Positions 11,869 through 24,729 of a stretch of DNA of 64,000 bases are shown piece after piece. Position numbers and translations under genes: made by a program. The notes under the pieces were generated by a model. That model was given only the letters and a program-made list of their open reading frames with translations, had not been told where the DNA came from and did no database searches. The stretch comes from Mobula birostris (lineage: Eukaryota). The stretch's first letter is position 1. Each line of letters begins with the position of its first letter. The DNA is taken from the NCBI RefSeq assembly GCF_030028105.1, contig NC_092370.1, forward strand, positions 198,134,005 to 198,198,004. Reading direction: 5' to 3'.

Positions 11869-12029
11869 ATTTGTGATGCTCCTATTTCCCTGGCTGTGAA
11901 CCTCTGTCACGTTAGCGGTGCCAGGGGACGCGTTTGAAAGACCAGACCCTGCAGACAGAAACTATTCGGAGCTGGCCAAGGAAATCAGTTGGCTGCAAAT
12001 CTGTCAGGGAGGTGTGTGTAGTGAACAAA

Positions 12030-12845
12030 TTCAGAATCAGGTTTGTTATCACTGGCATATGTCATGAAATGTGTTGTTTTGCAGCAGCTGCACAGTGCAA
12101 TGTATAAAAATATTGCTCTAAGTTCTAAGAAATAGAAAAACTGAATACATAGTGCAAAAAGAGAGCAAAGTGAGAGGATGTAGAGACCATTCAGAAATCA
12201 GAGGGGATAAAGGTGTGAGATGTTGGGTGTGCATCTTCGGGCTTCTGTACCTCCTTTCTGATGGTGGTAGTGAGAAGAGGGCATGTCCTGGATAGTGAGG
12301 GTCACCCTATGAAGCGCCTGTTTTTGAAGATGCTCTCGATGCTGGGGAAGCTGGTGCCCGTGATGGAGCTGGTTGAGCCTACAACCCTCTGCAACTTTTT
12401 TCGATCCTGTGCTTTGGAGCCTCCTTATCAGGTGATGAAACAACTTTTCAGAATTTTCTCCACAGTTTATCTGTAGAAATTGGCTTGAGTCTTTGGTGGC
12501 GTACCAAATCTCCTTAAACTCCTGATAGATACTGGCATGCCTTCTTCATGATTGCATCAATATGTTGGACTGAGGATAGATCCTCTGAGGAGTCGACACC
12601 CAGGAACATGAAACTGCTCACTCTTTCTGCTCTTGACTCCTAAATGAGGACTTATGTGTGTTCTCCTGACTTTCATTTCCTGAAGTCCACAATCAACTTC
12701 TTGGTCTTGTTGACATTGAATGCAAGGTTGTTGTAGCAACACCATTCAATCAGCTAAATTACCTCGCTCCTGTGCTCCTCTTTATCACAGGCTGAGATTT
12801 TGCCAGCAACAGTAGTGTCATTGGCAAATTTGCTGTGTAAATGGC
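12030..12845 (-). mobile_element. Rex1/Babar LINE 3' fragment
   Basis: KFANDTTVAGKIS; tail ttcagaatcaggtttgttatcactggcat at the left end. Confidence 0.8.
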
Positions 12846-12879
12846 GTTTGAAGATTTTGCCTGGCATTGGGGGTCCAGG

Positions 12880-14690
12880 GAGTGGATATAATAAAAGTGA
12901 TTGGTGGTCATGGGTGGAGGCATGAGGAAGGAAGAATACGTAATGTAGGTGGGCAAGGTACAGGTTCGGTGAATGTGTGAGCTGAGGCCACGAGGACATT
13001 GGCAGGCAGTCAGGGTTGGAGTGAACAGTGAGAAGGTTACTCAAAGGAGGGCCTCACAGGAATTTCGGAGCAAGGGTGAAAATCTTAAAATTGATGCATT
13101 GTTTAATCTGAGGCCAGAAAGCACAGCTGAAGGACAAATGGAAGTTTATGCAATTTAGGACATGGACAGTTAGGGTTTAGATGATCTGATACAGAGTAGT
13201 ACCAGGGAATTCAGCCAGAAGTACATTGAAATAGTAGAGTCTAGTGGTAACTAAGGCATGGAAGAAGCTTTTAACTGGGAGAGTGTTTCATGTTATTGAG
13301 GTAACAAATTTGAAGAAGCTTTTGTAGCCTCCCTGGCCACCCTCAGGGTCTCTCGGCTCGCTGTCGTCTAGGGAAACAGCCTCGGCCCCAGCAAACTGGG
13401 TAATTCGTTTGTGTGGATGCTGTGTGAGGTACCCCACCCCGCCCAAATAACAGACAATACACCAGATGCAATTAAATGATCTACAGTTTATAGATATTAC
13501 TGGAACTATATAATTAAAAGAGAATAAAATATAAAAGGAAAATAAAAGGTGCCACACTTATCAAAGTTCAATCTCTTCGTGCACAAAAACCGTTGGAGCT
13601 CAAGGACCTTCTTCTTCACCCTGCGACCCCCTCGGACCACCTCGACCGGCCGCCTGGGACCAACAACGGTGGTCGACCAGACGCTCCACATGAGTCCGTC
13701 TCCGTCTCCTCTCCTCGCCGAACATCCCGCTCGGGGTCCGACCCGTTAGCGGACTCACAGCACCTCGTCCATCCTCTGTCTCGCTCTCCCGCCTTCTGTC
13801 CCAAAACCCCACGCATACAGTATCTTCAAATACACCAAAACCATAACAACTATCCCAATTGGTTAATAACGTATTTCTTATCACCCTCTAAACCACAACA
13901 CGCTGCTAGCGCAAACTTTCTCAGCGTTTAACACAACAAAGCTGCATTCCCCAGATTAACATAACAAAGACGCCATTTTAATTAGCCTCCGCAGTAACAT
14001 AAAAATCGAAACCCCCTTACACTTTTAACTGTTATTGAAGAAGCTTTTAACTGTGAGAGTGTTTCATGTTATTGAGGTACCAAATTTGACTGAAATTGGG
14101 AAGTGTCAGGTTGTATTTCAAAAAGATGCAAAACTTAGGAATGGAGCGAATTGGCTGAGAAAAGAATTTGAGACAGGGATGGAAATCAGTTAAGTCAGTC
14201 TTGTTCATCTGATACAGTGTCCGAGAAAGTCTGACAATTTGAGAGGGGTAGAAAAAGTGATGATAGGTTACGTTAAGGTGAACCATATGCTGTATATTTA
14301 CATGGGGAAGTAGATGTTGTGTAATTAGATGAGGTTTCTGAGGAGTAGCATAAGGATGACGTATAGTATATGAAGCTGCAGGGGTAGATTCCCAGGTATA
14401 CCAGTGGTAAGGCTGAGGGTGGAAATAGAAAGAAAGAAACCATTACTAGTAAGTTTCTAACTGTGACAAAATAGGTAAAAACTTGCCAGCCAGACAGAAG
14501 AATGAATGATAAGCTGCAATGGCAAACATGCAATAAAATTTTGTTTTCTCTGTTTCCTAGGATGGAGGGATGTGATCCAGCAATGGTCACTGTATCTGTC
14601 CTTCCAAGATATCCCTGAGTGATTGCTCCCAAAATCAAGTGAATCTAGGGGGATGTTCTTTAATTTCCAAGCCCCTGACTGGTGACCTCA
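12880..14690 (-). mobile_element. Very old L2-like LINE remnant (host of the solo LTR)
   Basis: Purine-rich plus strand; faint GVPQGS/FHMYADD-like remnants at about 14290-14430 on the minus strand. Confidence 0.4.
13323..14021 (-). mobile_element. Solo LTR (Gypsy-like), 699 bp
   Basis: TGTA...TACA termini; 4-bp TSD CTTT at 13319-13322 and 14022-14025; CpG-rich, no internal coding region. Strand is inferred and tentative. Confidence 0.85.
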
Positions 14691-15792
14691 TCATCTGGGC
14701 ATAAGTCTGACAGGTGTTATGGGAATATGAAGGGCAGGTTCCCATTGTAACAAGTGGATGATGCCGACTTTGACTGGGCTGAGCATAGTCACTGGCTGGA
14801 CCCCTCTGGACGTGGTTAGAATGTTAAGCAATGAAAATGACAATAGCGAATCAAGTTTCCTGCACGTCTGTGATAAATTATTGTTGACTTGGCAATAATT
14901 TATCACAGACATTAGGTGGCAGTAATGACATTATAAGTATTTATGAGGGGCCTTTCAAAGAGAACTGCAGTACCAGCATTTAGCCTGCACTTTTATAAAG
15001 GAAACTGTGTGATTTGTCATGTAATGGGTTTGGGTTCGTGTCTGATTTGCTGAAATGACATACTATTACTGAAATTTCAATATACAATTTAATATTGGTA
15101 GGTGAGATTCTACAAATTGACTGGTTACATTCTGCATTTAATGGAATAAAACTGCTGTCATTCAACTGGTGATCTTGGTGAGGGATCATACTGAAGGTTT
15201 GACTGGAAAATCACCAGCATCCTGTAACACATTTATTGATTTGCTTCACATTGCTACAGAATTAAATAATGCCATTTGGAATATAACCGATTTTCCTGTC
15301 ACCTTAATTCACTGTCTCACTCCCACCCTCAGGCGTCTGCTCCCGGCCTCCTGCAATGAAGTTCAATGTATCACCTTCAGAATAAACTTGACATTGAGTT
15401 CAACATTTTCAGTTAATGAGCACTTCCAGCAGCTTTGCTTCATATTTTCAGCATTCCTCTGCATTTCTGTGGTAATTTCAAATAATTACTCTACATTTAC
15501 ACCGTGCACCTTAACAACGCCTGTCATTTCATTTCCACTGCCTTCCATTCTTCTCTGGCTCTTTCTTACAAATCTCTCTCCACCACACCCCATTTTTGAA
15601 ACTTGTTTATCATCTCTAACTCTTCCTAGTTTTGTCCCGTTTCTCTCTACAAAAGCTACTTGACCAGTTGCACATATTCTGTTGGAGATCTTGCCTCTTT
15701 AGAGTATGGGGTTTCGGTGTTTTTTTTTCTGCCTATTTATTTTTCTATGAAATAACAAAAGTCTGATGAAAAGCTGATAACATGAAGCATCA

Positions 15793-16800
15793 AACAAGAG
15801 AAAGTCTGCAGATGCTGGAAATCCAAGCAACACACACAAAAGGCCAGGCAGCTGAGAGAGTCCCTGGTTCACTCATCCCTCCCCACTGATCCTCTTGGCC
15901 TCACCTACCACCCCACCAGCTCCCACGTCCAGCAAGTAATTCTCCAGAACTTCTGCCGCAAGGATTGCTCCCTGCGCAACTCCCTTGTACATTTGTCCCT
16001 CCCACTAATCTCCCTCCTTACAAACGGAACAAGTGCCTGTCCCTACACCTCCTCCCTCACTACCATTCAGGGCCCCAAACAGTCTTTCCAGGTGACGTGA
16101 CACTTCACCCGTGAGCCTGTTGGGGTTATTTATATACTCTGTCCGGTGCTCCTGGAGTGGCCTCCTTAACGTTGGTGAGACCCGACATAGATTAGGAGAC
16201 TGTTTTGCTGAGCACTTATGCTTTGTCCGTCAGAAGAAGCAAGATCTCCCTGTGGCCACCCATTTTAATTCCACTTCCCATTCCCATTCTGAATTGTCAA
16301 TCCATGGCCTCCTCTACTGTCACGATGAGGCCACTCTCAGGTTGGAGGAACAACACTTTATATTCCGTCTAGGTAGCCTCCAACCTGATGGCATAAACAT
16401 TGACTTCTCAAACTTCCGGTAATGGCCCCCCTCCCTTTTTCACCGTTCCCCATCCCCTTTTCCCTCTCTCACCTTATCTCCTTGCCTTCCTATCGCCTCC
16501 CTCTGGTGCTCCTCCCACTTTTCTTTCTCCTATGGCGTTCTGTCCTCTCCTATCAGATTCCCCTTCTCCAGTCCGGTATCTCTTTCACCAATCAACTTCC
16601 CAGCTCTTTACATCATTCCTCCCCCTCCCATTTTCACCTATCACCTTGTGTTTCTATCTCCCCCTCCCCACCTTTTATATCTACTCCTCATCTTTTTTTC
16701 TCCAGTCCTGCCGAAGGGTCTCGGCACGAAACGTCGACTGTACTTTTTTCCAGAGATGCTGCCTGACCTGTTGAGTTCCTCCAGCATTTTGTGTGTGTTG
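15793..16800 (+). mobile_element. Penelope-like element 3' part with short inverted 5' piece
   Basis: GIY-YIG remnant FIYSVRCSWSGLLNVGETRHRLGDCFAEHL; hammerhead motif 16703-16740 (core mutated to CUGCCGA); imperfect TSD ACATGAAGCATCA 15780-15792 / ACATAAAGCAACA 16801-16813. Confidence 0.88.
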
Positions 16801-16893
16801 ACATAAAGCAACAGCTTTGTTGCTCTCTATTCGGATGCTGTTAGTCAGATGAATATTTCCAGCGGGGTTTCTGTTCTCATTTAATAGTCATCA

Positions 16894-17290
16894 TATGGCA
16901 CAGCAATTAATGTTGCATCCTCACAACTCAGGGTACCTTGGTTAAATCCTGACCTTGGATGTTATCTGTGCAGACCTCCCTCTGAGACAGTGGAAGAGGA
17001 ATTCGAATTGGAACTGGTTTAATATTGTCACTTGCACCGAAATACAGTGCTTGTCTTGCATTCTGCAATTGTGCTGATCTCGGCAGTGCGGGATTCCCCT
17101 TGGTCCTTTGGTTTTCTTCCACATCCCAGATATTTGCTGATAAGTTAATTGGCTGGTGGTCAAATCGTCCTTTAGTGTAGGCTGATGGCAAAATAATCAA
17201 AGGGGAGTTGAGGGCGTGTGCGCAGCAGCATGGGGAAATATGGTAAGAATTGGAACAAGTGGCATTGCTGTTCTGCAAGCCAGATGAGCT
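16894..17290 (+). mobile_element. Degenerate V-SINE interrupted by a short Rex-type tail (about 17000-17070, minus)
   Basis: tRNA-like head (tggcacagc...ggttaaatcctgacc) and V-domain remnant ggtcctttggttttcttccacatccc. Confidence 0.55.
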
Positions 17291-17439
17291 AAATGGCTTT
17301 TCTTCCTCCGTGATGAAAAGATGTGTGTGCATTCCTTTAGGTCGCTCTCCCAGTGCTGCTTCACGCTAGTGCATTGCCGCTTATCTCTATTACCCTGGTT
17401 ACCTCCCCAAGATGACTGATTCAATTAAAAATAAAACAA

Positions 17440-17565
17440 AAATTACAGTTCCTGGAAATCAGAAGTCAATACAGAAAATGCTGGAAATAGCCAGCAGGTT
17501 AGGCAACATCTGTGAAAAGAATCAAAGGGCTAATTTATAAGATTACAGGCCCTTTGTCAGAATAT
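17440..17565 (-). mobile_element. Old Penelope pLTR end
   Basis: gaaaatgctggaaatagccagcaggttaggcaacatctgtg...ccctttgtcagaa. Confidence 0.6.
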
Positions 17566-18164
17566 GATTGCGCAATTATCTACTAACTGCAGAGGTCACT
17601 TCACCAAGTTTACTAATTTTGAACAGTTGTGTGGCTTTTACAGTTTAGGAGATTTTTTTTCATGTTTTTACTTTAAATGTTTAGTTTTGCTGGGTCTGCC
17701 ACATGCTGCTAGTTCGCCAAACTCCCTGCTGGTGGCTGCTTTGAGCTCTGTTTCTAACTCTGTTGAATTTTCCTACACTCTCTGGCCCATTCCCACTCAG
17801 TTGTTTCCCCTTGCTCGAATTTAGAGATTAGATTGCTGCCACTTTTCACACCAAACTCCCACCCGCCCAGTAATCACAACCTCAAGCTATTGCTCAGTCT
17901 CCTAAACTCCCACTGTGTCCCTTTCTCAATATTACACTGCTATCTATACTAAGTAAAATGTTATGCCACCAACCTTACCTGGATTTTTGGTAGAACTTCA
18001 CAAAATTTCTCCTTTTATGTAAATCTACTCTGAGCAATTATTTTTGAACGCAAGGTAGAGGCAAGTAAGTTACAGGCACTGTGGCCATCATCCACCATGC
18101 ATGACTTTCTGTCTTCCTCAGGAGTGAAACAATTTAGCCTTCAGTTTCCGTTTTGGGTCCCTTT

Positions 18165-18430
18165 AGACCAGAGAAGAGGGGGAGTTTCTTTAGCCAGAGG
18201 GAGGTGAATCTGTGGAATTCATTGCAGCAGATGGCTGTAAAGGCCAAGTTACTGGGTATATCTAGAGCAGAGGTTTTTAGGTTCTTGGTTATTAAGAATG
18301 TTAAAGGTTACGGAAGAAGGCAGGAGAATGGGTTTAAGAAGAAACTTAAATCAGCCATGATCGAACGGAGGAGACTCAACGGGCTGACTGGCCTAATTTT
18401 GCTCCTATGTCTTATGTCTTTTGGTTTTAT
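18165..18430 (+). mobile_element. CR1 3' end
   Basis: FFSQREVNLWNSL; tail tcctatgtcttatgtctt. Confidence 0.85.
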
Positions 18431-19109
18431 GTGGATGATATGGAGGCAAATTACGCCAAAATTGCTGCAAAAAAAGTGAACTTACACCACGTTTTGTTTT
18501 GCTCAAACTCATCTTTGTATCATGGAACATAAAATCTGCCATGAATCAGTGTAATCAGGTGTTATTTTTGTAAAAAAAAATTTTACCAGTTTTTGTTGTG
18601 TATTAAGGTTGACCAAATTTCAGTAGACTGCTACATTATCGCAAAACAATTATTTATTCAATATTGAATCCTTTCCCTGAATAAATTAAATTTAAAAGGC
18701 TGAAAGTACTCCCCAAGAATCAGTACATATACTGCTGTACTGTGTATATTTTTAGTAAATTATGTTCAAGAGCTTTTAAAAATTCTCTGTTAATGCCAGT
18801 GTGTGAGGAAAAAATAGGACTCACAAATGATGCAATCAGTGGAAGCTATAAAGAACTATTGAGGATATGGCTAGTTTTGTTAGAAGATCCATATGCTGGT
18901 GTGTTTATTAATGTGAAATCAATTGCAAAAACTCAATTTTCTCTGAATGTAATTTGTGCTTGAAGTCTGTCCATCACTGGGCAGAGAAGAAAATTGGGGT
19001 TATCTCGTGGCAAATCCTTGCATTGGAAACTAAAGTTGTTATTAAAGCTTGCCTCAAATTAGCAATGCCACAGATCTTCAGCAATCAGTAGTGATACTTC
19101 AGAATTCAA

Positions 19110-19560
19110 AAGAACATAAGAAATTGGAGCAGGAGTGGGCCATTTGGCCATTGAGTCTGTTCTACCATTCAATAAGATCATGGCTGACCAGGCCATAGAC
19201 TTGCTCACCTTCCTGCCTTTTTTCCATATCCCTTAATCCCCCTATGATGCAAAAAATGATCTAACTGTGTCTTAAATATATTTAATCAGGTGGCCTATAC
19301 TGGTCCTGGGTAGAGAATTTTACAGATTCACTACTTTCTGAGAGTGTCCTCAGCAAAGTTAGATATGCTATGCCCAGTCCTTCCTTCCAAGTCGTTACTG
19401 TATATCATGAACGGTGTGAGCCTGGCACCAACCTCTGCGGCATTCTGCTCACCACTGAAACCTCCATTTATCCCAACTCACTGCCTTCGATTTTTTAACC
19501 AGCCCTCTGTCCGTACTAATAAATTATCTCAAATCCATGACTCAACATTCTGCTCTTTAG
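19110..19560 (-). mobile_element. CR1 fragments (3' end plus an RT piece)
   Basis: Tail aagaacataagaaattggagcaggagt; tcagcaaagttagat (FAD region, antisense). Confidence 0.7.
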
Positions 19561-19799
19561 ATCTTACATCTCTCACTATCATCCAGATTTCATTCATGCA
19601 AGTGCTTCCCCATCTCCCTTATCTTCCTGCTTATCCTTCCCTATTACCTATTACCTTGGGTATTTAGTTCCCAATCATCTCCACTCTACAGCCTCATGTT
19701 CACAATGGCCACTAAATCATACACCTTTGTACTGATTCGTGCCACAGGTTCACTGACTTCGTTTAGAATACAGTTATTGAGATAAAGATTACAAGGTGG

Positions 19800-20120
19800 C
19801 CTCGCTTGCCACACACATGTACATCGGAAGATTGAACTGCACAGAGAAATGCATCATTTGCGCCAATGACCAACACAGTCTGAGATGTGCTGGAGACAGC
19901 CCATAGGTGTCACATTGCTTTCGGCACCAACCTGGCATGCCCACAGTTTACTAACCTGTACCCGTACGTCTTTGAACGTGGGAGGAAACCAGAGCACTCG
20001 GAGGAAACCCATACATGGTCACGGGGTGAAAGTGTGAATTCTTTATAGATGGCGGAGGGAACTGAGCCCTGGTCTTACAACTGGTGCTGTAACACTAACT
20101 GCTATGCTACCAGGCCACCC
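19800..20120 (-). mobile_element. V-SINE with Rex-type tail
   Basis: gggaggaaaccagagcactcggaggaaaccca is the antisense V-domain core; tRNA-like head at about 20050-20120. Confidence 0.75.
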
Positions 20121-20644
20121 GATTCATTTACACGAATGTAAGGTGCCCTTGTACTCATTGCCCTTCTCGAATTTTGGAAGGCTTCACAGAGCCGCAGTCT
20201 TCACCCACCCCAAATGATTGTAATAACGACTAGGGAAGAGAACAATTTCTCGCACTGCTGCTAGCTACTTGTTAGTAAAGCAGAAACCATGTAGAATTCT
20301 GGTGATGGCAGATCTCCATTGGGTGCATCCTCTTCTCAGGATTGGAATTGCAGCTTCTGTAGCCTCTGTTGCACCTGTCATCTGTGCCCTTTAACATTCT
20401 GCACTGAATTGGTGTTAGGAAGCAGAGCAACAGGACTAGCAGTGGCTGGATTCATTAGCTGGGAATCTCCTTCGCTCGCCGGGAGCTTGTAGAGAGGCAG
20501 GACATAAACTCTTTAGAATGTGCTCTTGATTCCAGTGAATAGAGAACTGAGAAAAACTTTGCCTTCTCAGTGAACTAGTAACAGGATACAATATTGCAGC
20601 AAGTTACTTGCCCTTTCTATAATGACATCAAGCATCTGGCAGTA

Positions 20645-21152
20645 TCAAGTCAAGTCAAGTCAAGTCAAGTCAAGTCACTTTTTATTGTCATTTCGACCAT
20701 AACTGCTGGTACAGTACACAGTAAAAACGAGACAACGTTTTTTAGGACCATGGTGCTACATGAACAATACAAAAACTGCACTGAACTACGTAAAATAACA
20801 CAAAACTACATTAGACTAGAGACATACCCAGGACTACATAAAGTGCACAAAACGGTGCAGGCATTACAATAAATAATAAACAAGACAAAATGCACAGTAG
20901 AGGGCAGTAGTTTGGTGTCAGTCCAGGCTCTGGGTATTGAGGAGTCTGTTGGCTTGGGGGAAGAAACTGTTACATAGTCTGGTTGTGAGAACCCGAATGC
21001 TTTGGTGCCTTTTGCCAGATGGCAGGAGGGAGAAGAGTTTGTATGAGGGGTGCATGGGGTCCTTCATAATGCTGTTTGCTTTACGGATGCAGCGTGTGGT
21101 GTAAATGTCTCTAATGGCGGGAAGAGAGACCGCGATGATCTTCTCAGCTGAG
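20645..21152 (-). mobile_element. Rex1/Babar LINE 3' fragment with (TCAAG)6 tail
   Basis: Microsatellite tail 20645-20674 followed by tttattgtcat; antisense PSYKLFSLLPSGKRH coding. Confidence 0.85.
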
Positions 21153-21394
21153 AAGCAACAGCCCAGAAATTTAGTACACCCAAATGGTTGAGCTAGATAA
21201 TTATAGTAGAATGGTTTAATGTGTTGTGACTTGAGGAGCTCAATTCAAGATGACTGCTGGCTGTAGAGCTGATCTTGAAGTGAAGGCCAGGAACCGGAGA
21301 GGACTGTAGTGGATAGATGTCAGGATTTGGCTAGTGATTCGCCTAATACTGGGTGAGATGGTGACAATTTGATCTGTTCCATAGTTGAGTTGGT

Positions 21395-23645
21395 AGGTTA
21401 ATTCAGAAACAAAGGTTCTGAACTTAAAGAGGGGTAACTTTGAAGGTATGAGACGTGAATTAGCTAAGATAGACTGGCAAATGACACTTAAAGGATTGAC
21501 GGTGGATATGCAATGGCAAGCATTTAAAGGTTGCATGGATGAACTACAACAATTGTTCATCCCAGTTTGGCAAAAGAATAAATCAAGGAAGGTAGTGCGC
21601 CCGTGGCTGACAAGAGAAATTAGGGATAGTATCAATTCCAAAGAAGAAGCATACAAATTAGCCTGAGAAAGTGGCTCACCTGAGGACTGGGAGAAATTCA
21701 GAGTTCAGCAGAGGAGGACAAAGGGCTTAATTAGGAAGGGGAAAAAAGATTATGAGAGAAAACTGGCAGGGACAATAAAAACGGACTGTAAAAGCTTTTA
21801 TAGATATGTAAAAAGGAAAAGACTGGTAAAGACAAATGTAGGTCCCCTGCAGACAGAAACAGGTGAATTGATTATGGGGAGCAAGGACATGGCAGACCAA
21901 TTGAATAATTACTTTGGTTCTGTCTTCACTAAGGAGGACATAAATAATCTTCCAGAAATAGTAGGGGACAGAGGGTCCAGTGAGATGGAGGAACTGAGCG
22001 AAATACATGTTAGTAGGGAAGTGGTGTTAGGTAAATTGAAGGGATTGAAGGCAGATAAATCCCCAGGGCCAGATGGTCTGCATCCTAGAGTGCTTAAGGA
22101 AGTAGCCCAAGAAATAGTGGATGCATTAGTGATAATTTTTCAAAACTCGTTAGATTCTGGACTAGTTCCTGAGGATTGGAGGGTGGCTAATGTAACTCCA
22201 CTTTTTAAAAAAGGAGGGAGAGAGAAACTGGGGAATTATAGACCGGTTAGCCTAACGTCGGTGGTGGGGAAACTGCTGGAGTCAGTTATCAAGGATGTGA
22301 TAACAGCACATTTGGAAAGCGGTGAAATGATCGGACAAAGTCAGCATGGATTTGTGAAAGGAAAATCATGTCTGACGAATCTCATAGAATTTTTTGAGGA
22401 TGTAACTAGGAGAGTGGATAGGGGAGAACCAGTGGATGTGGTATATTTGGATTTTCAAAAGGCTTTTGACAAGGTCCCACACAGGAGATTAGTGTGCAAA
22501 CTTAAAGCACACGGTATTGGGGGTAAGGTATTGGTGTGGGTGGAGAATTGGTTAGCAGACAGGAAGCAAAGAGTGGGAATAAACGGGACCTTTTCAGAAT
22601 GGCAGGCGGTGACTAGTGGGGTACCGCAAGGCTCAGTGCTGGGACCCCAGTTGTTTACAATATATATTAATGACTTGGATGAGGGAATTAAATGCAGCAT
22701 CTCCAAGTTTGCGGATGACACGAAGCTGGGTGGCAGTGTTAGCTGTGAGGAGGATGCTAAGAGGATGCAGGGTGACTTGATAGGTTAGGTGAGTGGGCAA
22801 ATTCATGGCAGATGCAATTTAATGTGGATAAATGTGAAGTTGTCCACTTTGGTGGCAAAAATAGGAAAACAGATTATTATCTGAATGGTGGCCGATTAGG
22901 AAAAGGGGAGGTGCAACGAGACTTGGGTGTCATTATACACCAGTCATTGAAAGTGGGCATGCAGGTACAGCAGGCGGTGAAAAAGGCGAATGGTATGCTG
23001 GCATTTATAGCGAGAGGATTCGAATACAGGAGCAGGGAGGTACTACTGCAGTTGTACAAGGCCTTGGTGAGACCACACCTGGAGTATTGTGTGCAGTTTT
23101 GGTCCCCTAATCTGAGGAAAGACACCCTTGCCATAGAGGGAGTACAAAGAAGGTTCACCAGATTGATTCCTGGGATGGCAGGACTTTCATACGAAGAAAG
23201 ACTGGATGAACTGGGCTTGTACTCGTTGGAATTTAGAAGATTGAGGGGAGATCTGATTGAAACGTATAAGATCCTAAAGGGATTGGACAGGCTAGATGCA
23301 GGAAGATTGTTCCCGATGTTGGGGAAGTCCAGAACGAGGGGCCACAGTTTGAGGATAGAGGGGAAGCCTTTTAGGACTGAGATTAGGAAAAACTTCTTCA
23401 CACAGAGAGTGGTGAATCTGTGGAATTCTCTGCCACAGGAAACAGTTGAGGCCAGTTCATTGGCTATATTTAAGAGGGAGTTAGATATGGCCCTTGTGGC
23501 TACGGGGGTCAGGGGGTATGGAGGGAAGGCTGGGGTGGGGTTCTGAGTTGGATGATCAGCCATGATCATAATAAATGGCGGTGCAGGCTCGAAGGGCCGA
23601 ATGGCCTACTCCTGCACCTATTTTCTATGTTTCTATGTTTCTATG
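21395..23645 (+). mobile_element. Young 5'-truncated CR1 LINE with nearly intact ORF2 RT
   Basis: ORFs 21448-21666, 21868-22788 and 22812-23546 join into one ORF2 with one stop (21664-21666) and one frameshift (about 22780); [33 protein letters not shown]; (TTTCTATG)3 tail. Confidence 0.97.
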
Positions 23646-24189
23646 TTAACTGGCCACTGTAATTTACTCCTTATTGCAGTTAACGGACTAAAGAATCGAA
23701 GTGGTGTCATTAGGTGGGTAAGTTGGAGGCCACAGGGAAATAGGGGGCGATGGAACGAGATTGATGCGGTTGCCCTGCCATGGATCTGATTGACCAAGTG
23801 ATTTCCTGTGGCATGGCAGTAAACACAACATGTAGTCACCAAATGTTAATCAGGTTTGTGTGATTTTACTTGAAACACAAACTTGCTATTGAGAGACACA
23901 GATCTCTATCAGGGAAAAGCGTGCATGATGGAGTGGAACAATTTCCCTCAGCGACTGGCTTTTCGGGTAAACAGATTTCCAAATGATTGGAAAAATGACT
24001 GGATTTTTTTCTCTCTGCATCAATATGGCAATGGCTAATAAAGAGAAGTAACCAAAATGAAGATGCTATTGTATCTGTTTGGTTGCCAAAGCAGAGAGCA
24101 ATCTGGCCTACCAGTGGGACACTGAAAGAGGTTCTCAAGGCTTTTGGAATCATTGTGTCCTTACAAACAGTGAGACAGTAGACAGGTTT

Positions 24190-24398
24190 TAGTGCGTGGA
24201 ATGGGCTGCTGGTGGCGGTGGTGGAGGTGGAAACGAGAGGGTCTTTTAAGAGACTCCTGGATGGATACATGGAGCTTAGAAAAATAGAGGGCTATGGGTA
24301 AGCCTAGGTAGTTCTAAGGTAAGGACATGTTCGGCACAGCTTTGTGGGCTGAAGGGCCTGTATTGTGCTGTAGGTTTTCTTTGTTTCTATGTTTCTAT
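24190..24398 (+). mobile_element. CR1 3' end
   Basis: gaagggcctgtattgtgctgtaggttttc followed by a (tttctatg)n tail. Confidence 0.85.
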
Positions 24399-24729
24399 GA
24401 ATTATCAGGTGAATGCAAAGATTTTTGACACATACTTGACTGACTAAAATAGCTTGTTAAAATTGTAAAGGTGGAAATCTAAGAATTGGATGTAGAATTG
24501 TAGATGCATGATTGAGGACACTTTGTTGAGAGAAACTAACTTGATTTTAATATGGTAGAATTTTGTCTAAAATCTGGAAGTATTCTAATTTAATCTGAAT
24601 TCAAAAACAACAAGCCAGATAACTGGAAACACTTCAGAATCCTGTAAAGGAGGAACAAGGGAAAGGGAAAGTAGAATGTGAGAGTAATCTAGTGAGAAAT
24701 GTAAAAACATCGTTGCCTTTAATATGGAA

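Noticed and set aside
13549-13931. GC-rich overlapping ORFs or a CpG-island gene promoter
   Set aside because: They lie wholly within the TSD-bounded solo LTR.
13261-14088. 52-bp direct repeat as a giant TSD
   Set aside because: The true TSD is the 4-bp CTTT at the TG...CA ends; the longer repeat is a pre-existing tandem duplication.
22877-23569. 230-aa antisense ORF (and similar ORFs at 30093, 30504, 34487, 58528)
   Set aside because: Antisense or off-frame shadows of TE sequence, with no independent gene signals.
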